A DNA stretch of 64,000 nucleotides. It comes from a bacterium. Its GTDB lineage: Bacteria > Planctomycetota > Planctomycetia > Pirellulales > Pirellulaceae. Where the stretch lies: positions 2,475 to 66,474 of the forward strand of contig JANSWS010000002.1 of assembly GCA_024743355.1 (NCBI GenBank), written 5' to 3'. How positions within the stretch are numbered: position 1 is the first letter of the stretch; every line of letters starts with the position of its first letter. The translations under genes were made by a program, and so were the position numbers. Below the pieces are notes generated by a model. That model was not told where the DNA came from and searched no databases. It saw only the letters and a list, made by a program, of their open reading frames with translations. Below, in pieces: positions 57,131-64,000 of this stretch.

Positions 57131-60100
57131 TCAGTGTTTGGCGGAGGTTTGTGCAGGCATCGTGTGGCTCCCATTGCTCCGCCCGGCGTTATCGGCCTTG
57201 CTGCTGGAACCGTCGCCGAAGGTCTGTGAGTTCAGCCAACGGGAAAATGGCTCTGGTAAACTGCGGACGTGCAAATCACGCTGCGGGAACGCTATTTCAA
57301 TCTCGGCTTCCCTCAGGGCTCGGTAGATCTTCCCGTGTAATTGATGAATCGTGGCCAGCCGGTTTTCCAGGCTGGACAAATAAGCCCGTACGACCAGATT
57401 GAGCGTATTGTCACCAAAGCCTTCAAAGGTCACCAAGGGAGCCGGGTCTCGCAGTACTTCGGGATGTTCGCTGCAAATCTGTTGAATGATCTCGCAGGCC
57501 CGCTCCGTGTCGGATCCATAGGCCACTCCCACGTTGAGCAAGATACGATTGGTGGAATCCGAGAGTGTCCAATTGATCAGGGTACCAGTGATCAGCTGTT
57601 TGTTGGGGACAATCAATTCCTGCCGGTCCCAATTGGTAATCGTGGTTGCCCGCATCCGGATCTTGGCCACGGTGCCGGTCGTGCCGTCGATGGTGACGAT
57701 GTCTCCCACTCGAATCGGTTGCTCGAACAGCAGGATGATTCCCGAGATAAAGTTGGCAAAAATCTCTTGAAGCCCAAATCCAAGGCCAACTCCCAAACCG
57801 GCCACCAACCACTGGTAGTTGGCCCATCGCAGGCCGATAGTCGAACTGACCAGGACGATACCAAGACCTACCAGGATGTAGCGTGCCAGGGTTGTGACAG
57901 CGTAGCGTGCGGCGCTGGTTAATGGCAGATGCTGCAGCAGTGCTATTTCGAGTAGGCCCGGGGCGTTGCGAGTCACGATGGCGGTCAACACCAAGATCGG
58001 GATGACAGCCACCAGATTGGCCAGGGTGATTGAAATGGTTTCGTCTGGCAAATCGCCTGGCACCTGCCACAGCACAAAACGCTCCAGCAATTGAACTGCA
58101 GGAATCACATCTGACCAAACCAAAAACAGGATGACCAAGCCCATGGCTACGAACCCACTGGTCACCAGTCGTTTCGTTTGCGTGTTCAAGTCGACCAGAT
58201 TCAATTGACTTTCGCTGGCAGGCTGCAACGGCAACTCACCTTCAGCGCTCTTCTTGGCGGCGGCCTCTAGTCTTTGGCGGGCTTGTGCCATCATCAACTT
58301 GCGGCGATTGAGCAACAGCCAACGCTCGGTAAGACAGAAAGCCAGCAGCAGAAAAATGGCCGCGCAGGCAGTGCTGTCGAACTTTGCTGTCAGGTGAAGT
58401 GCGGTGTAGAAGTAACCTGTAATACTGAGCGTGGCCAAGGCCAGTGGCAGCAAGATGATGCAGGGATACCAGAGGAATTTCAGCTGATCGATCCAACCTC
58501 CGCGATGCGCTTCCAGAAATCCGCTGAAAATGCCATTACTGGGAGCCAGCACGCGCGAAAAAAAGACGCTGAAGAGCACCATCAGTGCTATGAACGCCAG
58601 GCGCCCAAGTGAATCCTCGAATTGAGAATCCAGTTGGTAGTCAAGCAGCAAAACTAAGACAACCAACGGAATGGTGAAATCAATCAGCCACCGGAGATTG
58701 CGTTTGAGCATCAATGTTGGTTCGGTTGGCCAACCGAAATGTGAGATGCCCAAGCCGCTGGACCTGCAAACTTGTCGGAGCAATTCCATCGAAACAAAAG
58801 TGCTGGTGGTCCACAGGCAGGCAACTGCGAGAGACCGTGGAAAACCTGTTTCCAAGCTCGACTCGCAGGCCACGTTGAGACGCCAGGCCAGGAAGACTAA
58901 GACCAGAGGCACCGGGGCGGCGATCAAGAACGTCATGGCCGTGGCCCGTAGGCTCAGTCCAAAGTCTGTGCAAGTATTTCTGCGGGCGAGCTTAGCATTC
59001 TCCGCCAAGTTTTGTCTCAGTTTGCCCTGGTTGAACAACAGGCTGCCAAAGGCCAGCAGAAATGCCACATACCAGGCCGGATTCTTGAAGAAGTCTTGCA
59101 GAAGCACTCGGCCCACGGTGCGCCAGTTTGCGGCGTCCAGCAACCAACGCCCAGCGGTCACTGCTTCTCCAAAGTCAGCAATCTGCAATCGGGAAACGCT
59201 TGGTGTCCACAGTAACTGCTTATCGATGAAACTGCGATAGTCGTCGGCCATCGAAATGAGCTGTGTTTTTGTGTCGGCCAGCAAATACAAATCGTTGAGG
59301 TAGTCGTCGGCATCCGCCTTCATGGCGGTAAGCGTTTCCAGGCAGACTTCGAGTGGCTTCCTATCAGCCTCTGCGAATGTGTTGGAAGCGATGGATGCCT
59401 GGCGTCCGCGCAGCTCGTCTATGGTGTCGCTCAGATCGTATTGCAGGGACTCGGCCAACCGCATTTCGCTTTCATACTGTTGAAGCCGGGCGGCCAGCAG
59501 ATTCGTATTCGGAAGTTCGTCTCTCTGTTTCCGCAGCCTTGCCACAACCCACTGATTGGACCCGGGGGCGCTCTCAATGCGACTGTCCGGTTCGATCCGG
59601 CCTTTGACCAGAGCTTGCCTTGCTTTCCAGCGATCCAACTCCTCTTGCACGCCACGGATTTCTGATGTCACCGAATCTTGCTTCTTGGCCAATTCAAACC
59701 AGGTGATACCGTTGGGGGCTGAGCCGTTGGGTGGTGTTGCGGCCGGATCCATGGCCAGCCAGAAACGAATTTCGTCAAACGCTTCTGACTCGGGTAAGCT
59801 CAGCTCTTTCAGCTTGTCGCGAAAGCCTGCGATGCGGCTCGCACGTTGCTTTGCCAAGGCGCTATTCAAGACCTCGACCTGTTGTTGCAGAAGATTTTCT
59901 GCTTGGCGGGCCACCTCCAGTTGCAGTGGTAGTAGCGGGGTCTCCGCATCGTAGGCCCTTAGTTCTTGCTCCAACGTCCACAGAGTCTGGGTTGCCAGCA
60001 GACGGCTCGCATTGTTGGCCTTCCGCAGGGCTTCCACCATGACAGGGTCGGCGGCGGCGTCGTCCGCGATACGCGATTCATTTATATCTTGAAGCTTCTT

Positions 60101-60826
60101 CTTGGCTTCCGAAATGAGTTGAGGCAGTTCCTTGCGACGATTGGCCCGTAGTGCGATTTCGTTGTTTAAATTGTTCTTGCGTGTGCGAACTGCTTCGAGC
60201 TCTGTGGTGAGCTCTCGTAAGCGAGCTTGCCCCTCATCAAAGTCCATGGCGGCCAAAACCGCTTTTTCCCCATAGCTAATTTCTGTGCTGGACAGATCTT
60301 TCTGTTGTTTAAGTTGTTCGACACGGCTTGGTGCCGAGGTAGCCCTACCCTTCCATTCGTTGCCTTTGCCCAACAGCTCTTCGGTCTTTTGCAGTTCCGT
60401 GATCGCCTGCTGGATTACCTTGTTCAAGGCCTCGCGAGCCGGATCGTCGGTCGTGGCGTCCGCGGCCAGTGACTCGGCGCGCTGCTGCAATTCCTCGCGG
60501 AGCTTGGTGATCTGGGCGGCAATGTCGCTGTTCGAACCCAGGACGCTTGCCGCCGGATCCGCTGGCAACTGAGTTACTTCGGCCGGAGCCTGTTGAGATG
60601 TGGCCGTTGGGGCCATGGCTGCCGGTGTGGTTCCGCTTTGGCCGGTAGCCTCCACGGGGCGCATGGTTGGCGAATCCGTCGCATCGTTCGTTGTCTGCAA
60701 GCCAGGTTGGGAGATGACCGACTGTGGATGAACTGTAGCCGCGAAGCCAACCAGCAACATGCAGGATAAGAGCAAAGTACGTGGCTGAATGCACGGCCGT
60801 GAAGGCGACGGCAAATCGTAATTCAT
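57131..60826 (-). CDS. Large mechanosensitive channel, MscK/MscS family
   Basis: Long periplasmic coiled region, many TM helices, GLGFGLQEIFANFISGIILLFEQPIRVGD and IAFPQRDLHV motifs. Confidence 0.92.
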   Translation of the reverse strand: MNYDLPSPSRPCIQPRTLLLSCMLLVGFAATVHPQSVISQPGLQTTNDATDSPTMRPVEATGQSGTTPAAMAPTATSQQAPAEVTQLPADPAASVLGSNSDIAAQITKLREELQQRAESLAADATTDDPAREALNKVIQQAITELQKTEELLGKGNEWKGRATSAPSRVEQLKQQKDLSSTEISYGEKAVLAAMDFDEGQARLRELTTELEAVRTRKNNLNNEIALRANRRKELPQLISEAKKKLQDINESRIADDAAADPVMVEALRKANNASRLLATQTLWTLEQELRAYDAETPLLPLQLEVARQAENLLQQQVEVLNSALAKQRASRIAGFRDKLKELSLPESEAFDEIRFWLAMDPAATPPNGSAPNGITWFELAKKQDSVTSEIRGVQEELDRWKARQALVKGRIEPDSRIESAPGSNQWVVARLRKQRDELPNTNLLAARLQQYESEMRLAESLQYDLSDTIDELRGRQASIASNTFAEADRKPLEVCLETLTAMKADADDYLNDLYLLADTKTQLISMADDYRSFIDKQLLWTPSVSRLQIADFGEAVTAGRWLLDAANWRTVGRVLLQDFFKNPAWYVAFLLAFGSLLFNQGKLRQNLAENAKLARRNTCTDFGLSLRATAMTFLIAAPVPLVLVFLAWRLNVACESSLETGFPRSLAVACLWTTSTFVSMELLRQVCRSSGLGISHFGWPTEPTLMLKRNLRWLIDFTIPLVVLVLLLDYQLDSQFEDSLGRLAFIALMVLFSVFFSRVLAPSNGIFSGFLEAHRGGWIDQLKFLWYPCIILLPLALATLSITGYFYTALHLTAKFDSTACAAIFLLLAFCLTERWLLLNRRKLMMAQARQRLEAAAKKSAEGELPLQPASESQLNLVDLNTQTKRLVTSGFVAMGLVILFLVWSDVIPAVQLLERFVLWQVPGDLPDETISITLANLVAVIPILVLTAIVTRNAPGLLEIALLQHLPLTSAARYAVTTLARYILVGLGIVLVSSTIGLRWANYQWLVAGLGVGLGFGLQEIFANFISGIILLFEQPIRVGDIVTIDGTTGTVAKIRMRATTITNWDRQELIVPNKQLITGTLINWTLSDSTNRILLNVGVAYGSDTERACEIIQQICSEHPEVLRDPAPLVTFEGFGDNTLNLVVRAYLSSLENRLATIHQLHGKIYRALREAEIEIAFPQRDLHVRSLPEPFSRWLNSQTFGDGSSSKADNAGRSNGSHTMPAQTSAKH

Positions 60827-61010
60827 CACAGTATCTGTAAGCACTCCCTTGCTCCCCAAAACGAAGTTGGCAGATTTTCAAGAAATACGGCGGGCCTCAA
60901 GCATGGCTGGACTCCAACCCGGACGATTGCGGCTGGTAGCACAGCAAACGTCTTTTATTGTCGTGCATTCGGCCGCATCGGTGTAGGTGACCTGGAAACG
61001 GCGATTGTTA

Positions 61011-62402
61011 TCAAATGCGAGCATTGATCTGACGGAGTGGCTTCGGAAAGTGATTCTTCAGCACGCCGTGGGAGAGCTTTCCCCATCCAAGGGGGCGATT
61101 ACGCCACAGAATCTGGGTCCAGCCGGATGCTTGGCCCGACACATTGAAAGAGTCGCCGGCGACATATCGGCAGGCTTCTTGATCCTGCAACTGCAATTGC
61201 GAGACGCTGCGCAGCATATGCTGCGGTAAGCGACCGCCGCCGTAACAGGGTAACCACAACTTGGATCTCATTTCCGCCCACCGAGTCCCCCAGATTCTCT
61301 GCTTAGGAAGCTGCTCCAGATGGGGCCAGTTGGGAACGAGCATCGTCATGTTGCCCAGCCGGATCAATCTTGCCGATTCGGCATGCAAGTCGACCTCATC
61401 CAGGGGATTTGTTGCCTCCGTCCACAAACCATCGGAATCGCGAGAGCGTCTGCTTTGCGGGCGGCGACGATGGTTTGACTCGGAGCTGGTCGGCAGGGTC
61501 GCGGCGTTCCCACCGGTTTTTACCAGGCAAGCGGCAAAGGCTCCAGCGCAGCCGTCGCGATGCGGCCACACGCGATAAGCTCCTTCCAACAGTCCGCTCT
61601 GCCAGGCGGCAAGTTTCGGCACGCTTCGGCATTCCCAGTCGGAATTCCGCTGCAGGAAATCTAGGATGATCGCTTCATTCTCCGCGTAGGAGTAGGTGCA
61701 AGTCGAATAAACCAGGCGTCCACCACCGGGCCGCACAAGACGCGCCGCCGAGTTGAGGATCTTGGTCTGGCGAGCTGCAGAATGGTCAATCTGACGGGGT
61801 GAAAACGCCGACAGCGATTGCTTGCCTTTAGGAATCATCGACTGTCCCGTACAGGGGGCGTCGACCAGCACGCAATCACAACATGCCTCAAAGCTGGCTG
61901 CCAATTTGGGGAGCTCGAGGTTGGTGAGCAAGAAGTTTCCGCAACCCGCCCGCTCGAGATTGATCTGCAGGATCGGGAACCTGGAAGCGATCACCTCATT
62001 GGCGATCAAAACACCGTCCGTTCCAATCGCTTCCGAAATTGCCGATGCTTTGCCTCCGGGGGCGGCGCACACGTCCGCTATCACCTGGCCAGGTTCCATC
62101 TCGCACAAGGCCAGAGCCAGCATCGAGCCGGCATCTTGCACGTAGTAGTCCGCCGCCGCGTGCTGCAAAAAGGAGCCCGGTAAGCAATCTGCTTCGCCAA
62201 CGAATCTTCCTCGACAAAACCAGGGAACGGGTTCACTGGAAAAGGGAAGCTCTGGGACGGATTCGGTAGGCAGGCGAATAGCTCGGCGGGAGTGAGAGCT
62301 GGCCGACTGCGCAAAGTCCATGAACTCACCGGATGGGAGTCCGCAGTCGCTACCCAGGAGCGGCCCCAGAACCAACTCCCAATCAATGTTTTCTTGCACC
62401 AT
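61011..62402 (-). CDS. RsmB/RsmF (NOL1/NOP2) RNA m5C methyltransferase
   Basis: YYVQDAGSM, DVCAAPGGK, VDAPCTG, YSTCT and RVWPH motifs with a PUA-like C-terminus (RsmF-like). Confidence 0.9.
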   Translation of the reverse strand: MVQENIDWELVLGPLLGSDCGLPSGEFMDFAQSASSHSRRAIRLPTESVPELPFSSEPVPWFCRGRFVGEADCLPGSFLQHAAADYYVQDAGSMLALALCEMEPGQVIADVCAAPGGKASAISEAIGTDGVLIANEVIASRFPILQINLERAGCGNFLLTNLELPKLAASFEACCDCVLVDAPCTGQSMIPKGKQSLSAFSPRQIDHSAARQTKILNSAARLVRPGGGRLVYSTCTYSYAENEAIILDFLQRNSDWECRSVPKLAAWQSGLLEGAYRVWPHRDGCAGAFAACLVKTGGNAATLPTSSESNHRRRPQSRRSRDSDGLWTEATNPLDEVDLHAESARLIRLGNMTMLVPNWPHLEQLPKQRIWGTRWAEMRSKLWLPCYGGGRLPQHMLRSVSQLQLQDQEACRYVAGDSFNVSGQASGWTQILWRNRPLGWGKLSHGVLKNHFPKPLRQINARI

Positions 62403-62523
62403 GCGCGAGAGTGCCGAGCGTCGAAGTTGCAGGACCTGCCGAGAACAAGCCTAGAGCGGCTGAGCAAGCATAGCAGGTTAATGAAGACCGCGGACGCTGC
62501 AACGGTCATTAGCAACTCGAGGC

Positions 62524-62564
62524 AAAAAAAAACGACTTGCAGTCGAAGACTGCAAGTCGCTTTT
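62524..62564 (-). terminator. Strong intrinsic terminator after the Cys-rich gene
   Basis: 12-bp stem CGACTTGCAGTC/GACTGCAAGTCG with a GAA loop and an A9 tract (T9 on the minus strand). Confidence 0.85.
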
Positions 62565-62605
62565 CAAACGTATCTCGATTCTACTAGCTTCGGTAGGCCA
62601 AAGGC

Positions 62606-63457
62606 TTATCGATTGTAGCTGGCAGCTTGAATGACACGTCGATTGGTTTGCAAGTAAGCGCTGGGATCAACGATCGGCGCTGGTGGTGCTGGTGCTGCGT
62701 CGCCGCTAACAGCTGGAGCTGCTACAGGAGCAGGAGCTGTTGACATGCAGCTGCTGCAAGCAGGTGCGGCGCAGGATACTTCGCATCCACAGGTCGGAGC
62801 AGCAGCGCAACCGCTGTCGCAGCAGCTCTTGCTCTTCTTCTTGAACAGCTTGCCCAGCAAACCGCCACAGCTGCGCTTCTTGCTGCCGCAGCCGCTGTCG
62901 CAACCACAAGGATCGCAAGCAACAACTTCGCAACCGCAAGAGGGTGCACAAGCGTCAGCAATTTCGCATCCGCAGGTCGGAGCAGCACCGCAACCACAAG
63001 GATCGCAAGCAGCAACTTCGCAACCGCAGGTGGGCTCAGCGCAGCAACCAGTGTCACATCCGCTGTCGCAGCCCTTGCCGCATCCGAGGAGCGACATCTT
63101 CTTGTCGTGCATCTTGCTCAAGAAGTCGAGCAGAGGCTTACGACGAGGCTTGCTGCAACCGGTGTCGCAACCACAAGGATCGCAGGCAACCACTTCGCAA
63201 CCACAAGAGGGTGCACAAGCGTCTGCACAAGCAGTCTCGCATCCACAAGAAGGTTCGCAAGCGGTAGCACATCCGCTACCACAAGCCGAAATTTCACAAC
63301 CACAAGTCGGATCGGCGGAGCAACCCGTGTCACAGCAAGCGCTGTCACAACCAGAGCCCTTCAATCCGAGCATGTGATCCAGCAATCCCCCGCCAAAGCT
63401 AGGGGCGCTCAGGCTCATGCCGAGCATCAAGGATCCAATTACTATGTTCCATTTCAT
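62606..63457 (-). CDS. Secreted cysteine-rich repeat protein
   Basis: Signal peptide MKWNIVIGSLMLGMSLSAPSFG. About 47 Cys in 283 aa (hand count) and seven P[ST]CGCE motifs. Start refined from 63658. Confidence 0.85.
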   Translation of the reverse strand: MKWNIVIGSLMLGMSLSAPSFGGGLLDHMLGLKGSGCDSACCDTGCSADPTCGCEISACGSGCATACEPSCGCETACADACAPSCGCEVVACDPCGCDTGCSKPRRKPLLDFLSKMHDKKMSLLGCGKGCDSGCDTGCCAEPTCGCEVAACDPCGCGAAPTCGCEIADACAPSCGCEVVACDPCGCDSGCGSKKRSCGGLLGKLFKKKSKSCCDSGCAAAPTCGCEVSCAAPACSSCMSTAPAPVAAPAVSGDAAPAPPAPIVDPSAYLQTNRRVIQAASYNR

Positions 63458-64000
63458 CGAGCCACAACTCCCTATTACGATGAACTCTTTTTCTTGCGTG
63501 AACTGGTCAAACGGGGGATGTAGGTGGCCGAGACCGGTTTCGACGAACGAAGTCGCCGCCGAAATCGCCCTCGTGCCTTGCCGACAACGAACCGCATGCA
63601 AATGCGGCCCTACTTCGTGGTGCCGATTTCGGTTCTCCCTCAAGGGTGCTGATGCCATGAGGGAACACGCTACAACTACTTTTTGACTTGGGTCTTCACG
63701 CCTGGACCTGAAGAATCATTCCGTAGATTCCCGGTCCTCGAATCGGGGCTTCCTGCATTCAGGAGCCCGAGTCACATGAGGGTATCGGCCAGTCGGAAAG
63801 AACGGCTTGAGCTAGCTGCAAGCTTTTTTGTGGGAAGGACTTAGGGCGATGTGTTGTGCCGGTCGTGAGTCCTGCGGAGGATAGTTTGATTGGGAAGACT
63901 TTGCGGCTGCTGGGCCCTTTCTGAGACGATAATACCGCTCGATTCGGCACACCGATGTGCGGCTTCAGGGTGCCATTTGGGGGCAATTATCTCGCAATTC

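Noticed and set aside
62745-63377. Gln-rich plus-strand ORF
   Set aside because: Antisense shadow of the Cys-rich gene, since TGC codons read as GCA/CAG repeats.

Overview
Chromosomal segment of a planctomycete, most likely Pirellulaceae-like. This is inferred from DUF1559, TIGR03000 and PEP-CTERM genes and a fused ccoNO. The window carries about 50 mostly housekeeping and respiratory CDSs: dinB; a complete cbb3 oxidase operon (ccoNO-Q-P-G-H-USP-DsbD_2-I-S, with ccoQ missed by the ORF track); pgi; apgM; pcm; bioA; two DUF62 genes; gatCAB; rpmB; a heme a/o and copper assembly cluster with two paralogous diheme cytochromes c; nadE; CoA-disulfide reductase; an MscK-like channel; and an RsmF-like methyltransferase. 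I found no rRNA, no convincing tRNA, no CRISPR array and no transposase. The strongest candidate for an undescribed system is at 18130-20339, where an enlarged cobalamin riboswitch with an internal 18-bp tandem repeat precedes a two-gene unit of a DUF1559 pseudopilin-like protein and a DUF4465-like PEP-CTERM surface protein. This may be a B12-repressed surface corrinoid-capture module. Other leads are an SdpAB-like HTTM gene pair, two secreted low-complexity repeat proteins (GSSGY-rich and Cys-rich), several families of MITE/REP-like intergenic elements (two share a hairpin core), and a triple operator-like repeat upstream of the CoA-disulfide reductase. All family calls come from motif recognition by eye, and no database searches were run. 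Several starts were refined from the ORF track and are uncertain.
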